This document shows positions 55,771 through 64,000 of a DNA stretch of 64,000 nt, in pieces. The position numbers were made by a program, and so were the translations under genes. A model generated the notes under the pieces. That model searched no databases. It was not told the origin of the DNA and saw nothing but the letters and a program-made list of their open reading frames with translations. This DNA is from a virus (lineage: Duplodnaviria > Heunggongvirae > Uroviricota > Caudoviricetes), in IMG/VR virus record IMGVR_UViG_3300023238_000006, positions 1 through 64,000 of that record; one strand, 5' to 3'. Numbering within the stretch: the stretch's first letter is position 1; every line of letters starts with the position of its first letter.

Positions 55771-56649
55771 ATGGCTAGAAAACTAACACTTAAAGAGTTC
55801 ATAGACAGGGCGACCGCTGTACATGATGCTATGTACGGATACGGCAATGCTGTCTACACCAATAGTAGTACTAAGATAACAATAGTATGTAAGGTACATG
55901 GGTGCTTTACCCAGCAGCCATCTGCACATCTTAACGGGCAAGGATGCCCTACCTGTTCTGGAAGAGGTAACTACAAATTACCAACTTTCAGAAAATTAGT
56001 AGGCATTAAACATAAAGGTAAATACCTATATACCTTTCCTAATGAGTTACATGCAGATACTGTATTAAAGATTGCATGCCCATACCATGGAGAGTTTAAG
56101 CAACGAGCTTCAAGTCACCTAGAGGGTTATGGGTGTAAAGAATGTGCCTATGACACTAAGGCTAATAGCTACGAAGAATTTGTAGCTAGAGCTACTGCAA
56201 AGCATGGCAATGAGTATGGATATACTAAAAACTTATTTAACAAGAGAGATCCGGGTATCTATGCTAATTGTAGCAAGCATGGGCCTTTCACGCAGAATAA
56301 GGGTAACCATTTACAAGGGCATGGGTGCCCTCAATGTTACACTCCTGGGTTCGATAAGAATAAGCCTGGTACTTTGTATTACTTAGAAGTGGTCACTGTT
56401 AGTGGAACCCTGTGGAAAATAGGGATTACTAACAGAACCATAGATGAACGATTCACAGCTAAAGACCTACTGAGTATTACTGTTGTGTACCAACATACTT
56501 TTAAATCTGGCAAAGATGCTAGTGACCTTGAGAAACTGCTGCTTAAGGAGTATAAGCATCTGCAGTACGACGGCGCTAAAGTGCTTAGAGATGGCAACAC
56601 AGAATTATTCACTAGTGATATAACACTCAATGACCCAATGAAGTCTTAA
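55771..56649 (+). CDS. Putative homing-endonuclease-like protein with three zinc-ribbon repeats plus a T5orf172/GIY-YIG-like domain (292 aa).
   Basis: VHGCFTQQPSAHLNGQGCPTCSG, YHGEFKQRASSHLEGYGCKECA, KHGPFTQNKGNHLQGHGCPQCY, then TLYYLEVVTVSGTLWKIGITNRTIDERF. Confidence 0.55.
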   Translation: MARKLTLKEFIDRATAVHDAMYGYGNAVYTNSSTKITIVCKVHGCFTQQPSAHLNGQGCPTCSGRGNYKLPTFRKLVGIKHKGKYLYTFPNELHADTVLKIACPYHGEFKQRASSHLEGYGCKECAYDTKANSYEEFVARATAKHGNEYGYTKNLFNKRDPGIYANCSKHGPFTQNKGNHLQGHGCPQCYTPGFDKNKPGTLYYLEVVTVSGTLWKIGITNRTIDERFTAKDLLSITVVYQHTFKSGKDASDLEKLLLKEYKHLQYDGAKVLRDGNTELFTSDITLNDPMKS

Positions 56650-56699
56650 AACTCATCAAATCAATCATCGGCTAGTTACCGAACAAACAAAGGACACAA

Positions 56700-57365
56700 A
56701 TGTCAGCAATAAAGCTGCTAATATCCGGATTTGAAAATACCGGAAAATCGACGACAGCGTCTCAAATACAAGATGCGCTAGTGATCAACTACGATAGAAA
56801 GACTTATGGTTTCCCAGTCCCTCATATGAATGTGACAGGGTACACCGGCATTGACGACCTGGTAGGCACCATCAACGACAAACTATCAGTATACCAAGAA
56901 CGCTTTGGTAAACTGCCTGCGACAGTTGTTATGGACACTGTTACTCAGTTTTACACGACCATGATGGGCTTTAATGATAACAACTATAAGGGATTTGATG
57001 TTCATAAGAACAACAACCGTGACACACTTAATCTAAATGCATATATAGAAGATGTATTAATAGCTAATGGTGTAAATGTAGTAATTGTGGCACACACAAT
57101 ATTTGATGCAGACACAGCTAGGCATATAATCCCAGCTACTGGGCAATTTGGAAAAGCTGGAAGTTGGCTTAGTGTAGTCAACGATGCTATCTTCATAGAA
57201 AAGAAAAGTGGTAAGTTTGTAATTCACCAAAAGTCTATGAAGTTCCCGTGCCGTACTACCCTCCCAGATGTGCTAGAATCTGTAGACAGCTCTGTTTATG
57301 ATATCAACGCACACATAGCACAACTTACAGCAGCAAAGCTTGAGGCCGCAGAATTTATTCTGTGA
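56700..57365 (+). CDS. RecA-fold P-loop ATPase (221 aa), possibly a Sak4-like recombination ATPase.
   Basis: Walker A LLISGFENTGKST near the N-terminus. Size about 220 aa. The family call is tentative. Confidence 0.4.
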   Translation: MSAIKLLISGFENTGKSTTASQIQDALVINYDRKTYGFPVPHMNVTGYTGIDDLVGTINDKLSVYQERFGKLPATVVMDTVTQFYTTMMGFNDNNYKGFDVHKNNNRDTLNLNAYIEDVLIANGVNVVIVAHTIFDADTARHIIPATGQFGKAGSWLSVVNDAIFIEKKSGKFVIHQKSMKFPCRTTLPDVLESVDSSVYDINAHIAQLTAAKLEAAEFIL

Positions 57366-57411
57366 ACCTTTCACCACTAACAAATTTAAATAAAATAAAC
57401 AAGGACCATTA

Positions 57412-58071
57412 ATGGCATTTTTAATAGTAAAAGAAGAATCAGTTGCAGCAGAAGGCGGCAGCGGTTATATCACAAAATCAGGTATCTACGGCCTAACACT
57501 GAAACACGCAGAAGTATCTACCACACCAAACGGCGCTACACAAATTAATTACTTCTTCGACAAAGCTATGTCATATGGTAACACTATTCTAGGTGTTAAC
57601 GGGCAACCAACATTTGGCTACAAGATCTTGGAAGCACTAGCTTCAGTTCTAGGGCAAGAAGAGTTATCAGATCCTGAGATGACTACAGTAACATTTAAGA
57701 AAGGCCCTAAAGAGTTATCTTGTATCCCAGAATTAAATGATGTGCAAGTTAAAGCTTGGATCCAAATCTCTTACCGTATGTACAAAGGTGAGATTAGAGA
57801 AGATGTAGCTGTACGTCGTTTCTACCGTTCAGCTGACAATGCTTCTGGTTCAGAAGTGCTTTCTGGTACAGACATTGGAGATCGTTACTCTAAAGACGAA
57901 GCAGTAGCTTCTGAAATTAAGTACGACGAAGGTGTGACAGCAGAGAGTGTGGCAGCTTGGAAGAAGAGTCAGCAAACTGGTAGTGGTTCAACACCATCTG
58001 TAGCCGCTGCTTCAGGATTTCCTATGGGTGGAGCCGTTAAGAAACCTTCAGGGTTTCCTGGGGCTCAGTAA
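57412..58071 (+). CDS. Hypothetical protein (219 aa) with a Gly/Ser-rich C-terminal tail. It might be a single-stranded DNA-binding protein.
   Basis: ORF track. Position next to a recombination ATPase. No diagnostic motif. Confidence 0.3.
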   Translation: MAFLIVKEESVAAEGGSGYITKSGIYGLTLKHAEVSTTPNGATQINYFFDKAMSYGNTILGVNGQPTFGYKILEALASVLGQEELSDPEMTTVTFKKGPKELSCIPELNDVQVKAWIQISYRMYKGEIREDVAVRRFYRSADNASGSEVLSGTDIGDRYSKDEAVASEIKYDEGVTAESVAAWKKSQQTGSGSTPSVAAASGFPMGGAVKKPSGFPGAQ

Positions 58072-58364
58072 TGGGTCAAACATTCATTGAAGCACTAACG
58101 GAAGCTATCGCTGGTAACGGCGGTAAGCTCCCATTCCACTTCATACAATCACAAGTAGCACAAGGTACAGTAACTCACACACACCTTACTCCCAATATGA
58201 GAGTATGTGTAATAAGACTTCTTACTGGTCACGAAGTTATTGGTATTGCACAAGTACTTGATGCAGCTAACGACGTAGAAGCACTAGGGCAAGAAGTTGC
58301 CTTAACTAATGCTACTAACGAACTCTGGAAAGTATTTGGTGCAGTTGCACTAGCTGCTAGATAG
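58071..58364 (+). CDS. Hypothetical small protein (97 aa).
   Basis: ORF track. ATG overlaps the upstream stop. Confidence 0.45.
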   Translation: MGQTFIEALTEAIAGNGGKLPFHFIQSQVAQGTVTHTHLTPNMRVCVIRLLTGHEVIGIAQVLDAANDVEALGQEVALTNATNELWKVFGAVALAAR

Positions 58365-58378
58365 CATAAAGGATAACT

Positions 58379-59464
58379 ATGTCAGTAAGAAGACACTTAG
58401 GCTTCGGATCAACCCTAGCCTTTCGCAATCTCTACCCACAAGTAGCCAGACTTACTGACAACGCTGGTAGACTAGCATACGCAAACTACGACCCTTCTCT
58501 AGGGGAGCCTCCAAACGAGGTTCAGCTAGAACTACTTCAAAACTACAAGTGTGACATGCCAACCATTACCTTCACTGGCTCTGAAAAGCTCCACGGTGAG
58601 AATATGGCTGTATGCTACAGTCAGGGGGAACTCTGGGTACAAGGTCGTAACCATATTAGAACTCTACTAGGAGATCAAAACGGTATGGCACAATTCGTTG
58701 AGTCAACTAAAGACCAGTGGTTGGGACTATTTATGGAAATAGGGCATCGAGAAGAACTTGATGACCAGGACCACACTATAGTAATCGACTGTGAATGGGC
58801 TGGCGGCAATATCCAAAAGGGTAATGCCGCTTGCTCAGGAACTGATAAAGGTGCTTACATCTTTGACTACTGTAGAGTTGTTAACAACGATACCAATGAG
58901 AGTGAGTATAAGAGCACTGAAGGGCTTTTCATCCCAACAGATAGCTCAATATACCTTATGAGCTCTTTTGCCTCCTACAGTGCTGTACTGGACTTTAACG
59001 AGCCATCTCAATGTGAGAAGGACTTAGAAAGGATGGCAACAGCTATAGAAGACTCGTCTCCTATAGCAGCTTACTTCGACAAACCTAATAACGTTGGTGA
59101 AGGGGCCTACCTCTGGGCTACCTACAACGGCAATGTCCTACGTCTTAAAGCCAAAGGCTTAAAGCACGGTGGTAAGCCTAAAGTACCTAGAGAGAACTCT
59201 AAAGTACTATCATCTGAAGATGCTAAAGAAATAAATGCCTTTGCTGAAGCTGTAACTCCTGTATGGAGAATCACACAAGCAATAGCTGAATCTGGTGCTA
59301 CTGAACATAAACATATTGGTATGGTTATTAAGTGGGTGCTGACTGACATTGCTAAAGAGGAAGGTCCTCTTATAGCAGCCATAACTGTCGAGTATAAGAA
59401 GACTCACTCTACTATTATTAGTATTGTGAAAGCTTACTATTTAGATAGCCTTAAAGAGTACTAA
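58379..59464 (+). CDS. Rnl2-family RNA ligase (361 aa).
   Basis: Motif I TGSEKLHGENMAV (T4 Rnl2 REKIHGTNFSL). DCEWAGGNIQKGNA matches FGEFAGPGIQKNVD. AYIFDY matches FYVFDI. Confidence 0.65.
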   Translation: MSVRRHLGFGSTLAFRNLYPQVARLTDNAGRLAYANYDPSLGEPPNEVQLELLQNYKCDMPTITFTGSEKLHGENMAVCYSQGELWVQGRNHIRTLLGDQNGMAQFVESTKDQWLGLFMEIGHREELDDQDHTIVIDCEWAGGNIQKGNAACSGTDKGAYIFDYCRVVNNDTNESEYKSTEGLFIPTDSSIYLMSSFASYSAVLDFNEPSQCEKDLERMATAIEDSSPIAAYFDKPNNVGEGAYLWATYNGNVLRLKAKGLKHGGKPKVPRENSKVLSSEDAKEINAFAEAVTPVWRITQAIAESGATEHKHIGMVIKWVLTDIAKEEGPLIAAITVEYKKTHSTIISIVKAYYLDSLKEY

Positions 59465-60003
59465 CCGCTGGCATTCCTGTACTAGGTTTTAAGACCAGCA
59501 ATCTGCTTGAAGTGGCAATCGCAGTGCAACTGCCGTAACAACAGCACAGATGAGTGCAGAGATAACTCCTTCAGCTCACAGAGGTGAATCCTCCAACAAA
59601 AGGCAGTACACAGTCTTCCAGCGTAGCAAACCAAAAGTGAATCCTGGCCGGTATGCGTATACAAACCGTAAGTCCATAGACCCAGCCATTAAGTCTTTAA
59701 AAGAGTTGGCGTTACCATAAAAAATTACCTAGCTAGTGGTACGGCTAGGGGTATAAAACCATCGGAGTTCGTTTAGGACGTGCAGCAAAGCAAGTGGCGT
59801 CTGACATTAAAACGCTTGAACTCTTGACTAGCTAACACCCGTAACAACTATGGTAGTTTTTGGTCTACTTAGGGTAGCACCCGAGCTTGTACTTCATTAT
59901 GGCTAATAGCCTCAGAGTACATTACACACTGGCCCTCTGCCTCAAGTTATCACAACTAAAGTGCACGGTCTTTTATTAAACTAAATTAAAACAAAGGGTC
60001 AAT
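59465..60003. other. ORF-poor region of about 540 nt upstream of nrdA with several hairpins and a repeated GTGAATCCT motif. It is a possible regulatory or ncRNA region.
   Basis: Only one short antisense ORF in the track. Repeats and hairpins read directly (GAGGTGAATCCTCC, AGTGAATCCTGGCC, GCAGTGCAACTGC). Confidence 0.3.
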
Positions 60004-60177
60004 ATGACTGAATTAAACAACATTAAAACACAACTAGAAACAGCATTAGCTTCAATTGAAGCTTACACAACTAAGCCTACTAAAGCAGAGTCTGCACGTA
60101 TACGTAAAGTACTTGGAGAAATTAAGAAACAAGTAACAGGCGTTAGAGCTGCACTAGTAGCTGCTGACAAAGCGTAA
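60004..60177 (+). CDS. Small Lys/Ala-rich protein (57 aa).
   Basis: Manual translation. RBS aaagggtcaatATG. Confidence 0.35.
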   Translation: MTELNNIKTQLETALASIEAYTTKPTKAESARIRKVLGEIKKQVTGVRAALVAADKA

Positions 60178-60348
60178 TAAGCTTCGATACTAAAGACGTT
60201 ACCAATAGTGTAACTAGTGGCGGAGCTAGAGTTATAGGTGGTATATCCCTTCTAATTCTAATGACACTTAATGGCCCGTCTGGTATTGACTTACTAGATG
60301 CTCTAATTATATACGTATCAGCGTTAGCTGGTTAATTAAAGGAACTTA

Positions 60349-62559
60349 ATGGTATACGTAAGAAAACATTCAGGCAACTTGGAGCCTCTAGATATATCCA
60401 AGGGTACAGATAGCCTTGAGTGGGCTATAGGAGATTTAAAAGGGGTGTCAGCATCAGAGATTGAAATTCAATCTAAACTACACTTCTTTGACGGTATCGA
60501 GACTAGCTACATTACGGACGTCTACATAAAGACCTGTGACGACTTAGCTGATCTACGCAACATCAACTACGACGATGTAGCTAGAAATCTTAAACTACAG
60601 AAACTGTATAAAAGAGTATTTGGAGGGATTACACCCACCAACTTGCTAGGCTTCTTAACTGAGCGTGTCGAAGACGGGCACTATTCTAGTAATTTATTAG
60701 ATAACGATAGGCTAAACTACGATGTGCTTAATGCTGAAATAGCTCACAATAGTGACTTCACATTCACATCATCCGGTCTTGACGCTTTAATCAACGGTTA
60801 CGGTGTATGTAAGATGGAGACTCCTCAATTTATGTTCATGGCTATAGCTATCGACATATTTAGAGACTACCATCTAGATCCTATGCCTTACGTTATTAAC
60901 TTCTACCATGCACTTCGTACATTTGAAGTAACACTGCCATCTCCTGAGATGAAAGCCCTTCGTACAAACAGTACTGACTACGCTTCGTGTATTACCTTTA
61001 GAATGGGTGATACCATAGACTCATGGGACGAGTGTGACTCGGCACTACTAAAACACACTGTAGCGTCAGCTGGAGTAGGTATTGATATTGCAGATGTAGC
61101 ATCCCTTGGAGATTCTGTAAAGAATGGTAAGATACGCCATTCTGGTAAGCTACCTATCCTAAAGTCTATAGATACTCATATCCAAAAAGCATCTCAAGAA
61201 GGCAGAAGAGGCTCTGCTACAGGTTATGTAGCTTTCTTTGATCCAGAGATTGAAACTATCTTTGCGTTAAAGTCGCCACGTATGCCTGTAGAAGATCGTA
61301 TCAACGACCTATCCTACGGTATAAAGCTTAATCAACTAGCTTACGACAGAGCAACAGAGGGAGGAGTAATATCCCTATTCTCAGTTAGAAAAGCTCCTAA
61401 AGAACTGTTTGAGGCTTTCTACTCTGGTAACAATGATCTATTCAAGTCTATCTACGAGAAGTGTGAATGTGAAGAACTATACACATCTCAGATAGATGCT
61501 AAAGTGTTCTGGGAAAGGATGATAGCTATTGAGTCCACTGAGACATCTTCGTACTACATCCTAAATATTGACGAAGTAAATCAGAACTCTCATATCACAA
61601 GACCTATACACAACTACAACATCTGTATGGAGTATGGTACAGGCACAGAGCCTTTAAGTTCTGAAAGGCCTGACAGCCCTGATATAGGTGTATGTGTACT
61701 TGGTAATGTAAACCAAGGTAAGGTACCTATAGCTAGGATACCAGCTACCATGGACTTACTGGTGAGAGCACAGTCCCATATCATGACTAGACAAGTACAC
61801 CCTAAGCCTCAGGCTAATGCGTATGTTAATACATATCATGATATTGGGCTAGGGCTATCTAATCACGCATTCTGGCTGGCTGATAATAACCTACGTTATG
61901 GTACCCCCGAGGCTTTAGACAGACATAACGAATGGATGGAACATTTCTCTTTCAATGCTCACGTAGCTTCTGTGCAACTAGCTGAAGAGTTAGGAGCTGC
62001 TAAAGGTTTCGAGTATCATGATAAAGTACTACCTATTGATAGATATAACAGAAACTGCGATGAGTTAGTATCCCCAGACCTTCACTGTGACTGGGAATCA
62101 TTACGTGCTCGTATTAAACAGGTAGGGATGTACAACGTAGGATTAATGATGATACCTCCAGCTGAAACCAGCGCAGGACCATCTAACCAGACAACGTCGC
62201 TAGAGCCTGTACGGAGTTTAATGACTATCAAGGATAAAGCTGGTGTTAACTACAAGCAGTTCGTACCTGATGCCCTTAGACTTGCAGATAAGTATGACTT
62301 CGCGTTTGATAGAGATATCAACATTCCTTTCATTAAGAATGTAGTAGTCAGCCAGAAGTGGCTAGACAAAGGTATCTCTGCTAACACATTCTATAATCCT
62401 GAATGGAAGAACACTAAGATCAGTGCATCCGATGTAATTAAACATTTGTTTATCCTAAAGTACTTCGGTGGCAAGGGTAGGTATTACCAAAACACAAAAC
62501 TGCCTGATGAGGTTGACTCATTAACAGAACAATGCTCAGGAGGTGGATGTAGTGTCTAA
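60349..62559 (+). CDS. nrdA: Ribonucleotide reductase class I large subunit NrdA (736 aa) with an N-terminal ATP-cone.
   Basis: ATP-cone YVRKHSGNLEPLDISKG (cf. VxKRDGxxExFDxxKI). Catalytic HNYNICMEY (N-C-x-E). C-terminal redox pair CSGGGC. Confidence 0.8.
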   Translation: MVYVRKHSGNLEPLDISKGTDSLEWAIGDLKGVSASEIEIQSKLHFFDGIETSYITDVYIKTCDDLADLRNINYDDVARNLKLQKLYKRVFGGITPTNLLGFLTERVEDGHYSSNLLDNDRLNYDVLNAEIAHNSDFTFTSSGLDALINGYGVCKMETPQFMFMAIAIDIFRDYHLDPMPYVINFYHALRTFEVTLPSPEMKALRTNSTDYASCITFRMGDTIDSWDECDSALLKHTVASAGVGIDIADVASLGDSVKNGKIRHSGKLPILKSIDTHIQKASQEGRRGSATGYVAFFDPEIETIFALKSPRMPVEDRINDLSYGIKLNQLAYDRATEGGVISLFSVRKAPKELFEAFYSGNNDLFKSIYEKCECEELYTSQIDAKVFWERMIAIESTETSSYYILNIDEVNQNSHITRPIHNYNICMEYGTGTEPLSSERPDSPDIGVCVLGNVNQGKVPIARIPATMDLLVRAQSHIMTRQVHPKPQANAYVNTYHDIGLGLSNHAFWLADNNLRYGTPEALDRHNEWMEHFSFNAHVASVQLAEELGAAKGFEYHDKVLPIDRYNRNCDELVSPDLHCDWESLRARIKQVGMYNVGLMMIPPAETSAGPSNQTTSLEPVRSLMTIKDKAGVNYKQFVPDALRLADKYDFAFDRDINIPFIKNVVVSQKWLDKGISANTFYNPEWKNTKISASDVIKHLFILKYFGGKGRYYQNTKLPDEVDSLTEQCSGGGCSV

Positions 62560-63673
62560 CCATTTATTTAACACAAGTCCTATTGACTTTACACAGCAAC
62601 CCCTATTCCTTGGAGAGGGCCGTAACATATCTAGACTAGACTTACCTATGGAAACTCAGATAAGTTCAGCTACAGCAGCAGCCATAGGTAAACTATGGTT
62701 CTCTGGAGACTTCAGCCCCTCTAAAGATGCTAAAGACTACATTTCTTGTAGTAAAGGTCTTAACACTTTATTTATGAAGAACTTAAAGTTCCAAACACTG
62801 CTTGACTCTCTAGCTGCTAGATCAGTAGCTGAGGTATTCTTGCCAATCACTACCAACCCTCAACTAGAGAGTTGGTGGTACCAGCATGCATTCTTTGAGA
62901 ATAATATACATTCACTGTCTTACGCTGATATTCTAAAAGGCCTTCCTGTAAATGCTTCAGCTATCTTTGATGATATTATGGTTAACCCTGATATCCTTGC
63001 TAGAGCTGACTCTGTTATTAAGTGCTTTGAAGACACTGTACAGCACAACGCTAAAATGGTGCTAAAGAATAGTGGGCTGCCTGTAGGATATAACCTTAAA
63101 GACCATAAAAAGTCTATAGTTATGTCCTTGTTTGCACTTAACATTCTTGAAGCAGTTCTATTCAAGTCATCATTCTTAACATCCTTTGCATTCAAAGAAA
63201 ATGGGCTATACTCAGTAGCTGCAGATATTATCAGTAAAATTGCACAGGATGAGTCAGGGCACTATGCCATGACTATTAACTTAATCAATAGACTACGCGT
63301 AGATCCGGATTGGGCTTACATCTTCCATGAGCACTCAGATGAAATTGACTCTCTATACAGGGATGCTATTGAAGCTGACTACAAGTGGATTGAAGTATTG
63401 TTTGAAGATGATGTAAAGCTAATGGGCATAAATGAAGCTATATTAAAGCAATACGTAACTTCTAACTTACACTCAGTTATGACATCAGTAAAACAGGCTC
63501 CAATTGTAGATAAGCTTGATAACCCATGTAAATGGGCAAACAAGTATAGTAGGCCGTCTAACATACAAACTGCACAGAAAGAGAAGACTTCAGGTAACTA
63601 CCTACTTGGTATTGTAACTGTGGATACTGATGCTGAGTTCTGGGAGAGTTTAAAGACTCCTGGTACATTGTAA
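62543..63673 (+). CDS. nrdB: Ribonucleotide reductase class I small subunit NrdB (376 aa).
   Basis: Di-iron ligand helices QDESGHYAMTINLINRL (ExxH) and earlier E/H-containing helices. Immediately downstream of nrdA. Confidence 0.7.
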   Translation: MDVVSNHLFNTSPIDFTQQPLFLGEGRNISRLDLPMETQISSATAAAIGKLWFSGDFSPSKDAKDYISCSKGLNTLFMKNLKFQTLLDSLAARSVAEVFLPITTNPQLESWWYQHAFFENNIHSLSYADILKGLPVNASAIFDDIMVNPDILARADSVIKCFEDTVQHNAKMVLKNSGLPVGYNLKDHKKSIVMSLFALNILEAVLFKSSFLTSFAFKENGLYSVAADIISKIAQDESGHYAMTINLINRLRVDPDWAYIFHEHSDEIDSLYRDAIEADYKWIEVLFEDDVKLMGINEAILKQYVTSNLHSVMTSVKQAPIVDKLDNPCKWANKYSRPSNIQTAQKEKTSGNYLLGIVTVDTDAEFWESLKTPGTL

Positions 63674-63753
63674 TGCCCTCTGTATGTAAAAGCTGCGGAG
63701 CTAGTAACCACTACCCAAACATTGTGTGCTTTGTATGCCACAAACAACTATAA
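63673..63753 (+). CDS. Tiny zinc-ribbon peptide (26 aa, CKSCG...CFVCH).
   Basis: Manual translation. TAATG coupling to nrdB. Confidence 0.25.
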   Translation: MPSVCKSCGASNHYPNIVCFVCHKQL

Positions 63754-63762
63754 AGGCCGCTA

Positions 63763-64000
63763 ATGAAACTAGAAACACTATATAAACTATCCACTAAAGG
63801 TGCTACACAGGTCCTTGATATGACTATCAATGGAGCTGTCTACACTCGTATCTGGGGGCAAGTAGGAGGTAAGATGCAGTACAAGGCTACTACAGCTATC
63901 GGCAAGAACATAGGCAGAGCCAATGAGACTTCTCCAGAAGCTCAAGCTATCCTAGAAGCCGAAGCTGTATGGACTAAGAAGCAGAAAGATAACTACTCTA
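63763..64000 (+). CDS. WGR-domain-like protein, N-terminal fragment that runs off the right window edge.
   Basis: LYKLSTKGATQVLDMTINGAVYTRIWGQVGGKMQYKATTAIGKN...EAQAILEAEAVWTKKQKDNY resembles the WGR consensus (LYKLE...RWGRIGT.GQ.K...F.S.EEA...F.K....K...GY). Confidence 0.4.
   Translation, partial: MKLETLYKLSTKGATQVLDMTINGAVYTRIWGQVGGKMQYKATTAIGKNIGRANETSPEAQAILEAEAVWTKKQKDNYS

Noticed and set aside
1-64000. CRISPR arrays or integrase/att-type lysogeny module.
   Set aside because: No spaced direct-repeat array and no tyrosine or serine recombinase signature was seen anywhere in the window.

Overview
The window is a continuous stretch of a tailed-phage genome with two divergent arms. From 1 to about 8.6 kb the genes are leftward (minus strand): a repeat-rich tail fibre that runs off the left edge, a terminase large subunit, and nuclease-like selfish genes. 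From about 9.4 kb to the right edge the genes form a dense rightward (plus strand) block of early, replication and accessory genes. The two arms are separated by an unusual strand-switch region (8.6-9.4 kb) with a polypurine tract and GGA repeats. The replication and transcription core is T7-supergroup. It has a compact single-subunit RNA polymerase, one near-consensus T7-class promoter, a family A DNA polymerase, RusA, RNA ligases, ribonucleotide reductase (nrdAB) and ThyX. The DNA polymerase is split into an exonuclease ORF and a polymerase ORF that lie 11.3 kb apart. That gap holds a 2.6-kb ORF-free region predicted to fold into RNA with tRNA-like elements, a four-gene NAD+ salvage operon (NMNAT, Nudix, NAMPT, metallophosphoesterase), and an AAA+/VWA pair with uncharacterised partners. 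Other accessory content includes an RNA-repair cluster (HD-Pnk, Rnl1, a PD-(D/E)xK nuclease, and an Rnl2-like ligase further downstream) and four T5orf172/GIY-YIG-like genes, three of which carry tandem zinc-ribbon repeats, plus a decayed remnant. There is also an HNH endonuclease and an AT-rich island that encodes a pentapeptide-repeat protein. All calls rest on manual motif reading of the supplied translations and the raw sequence; no database search was possible.
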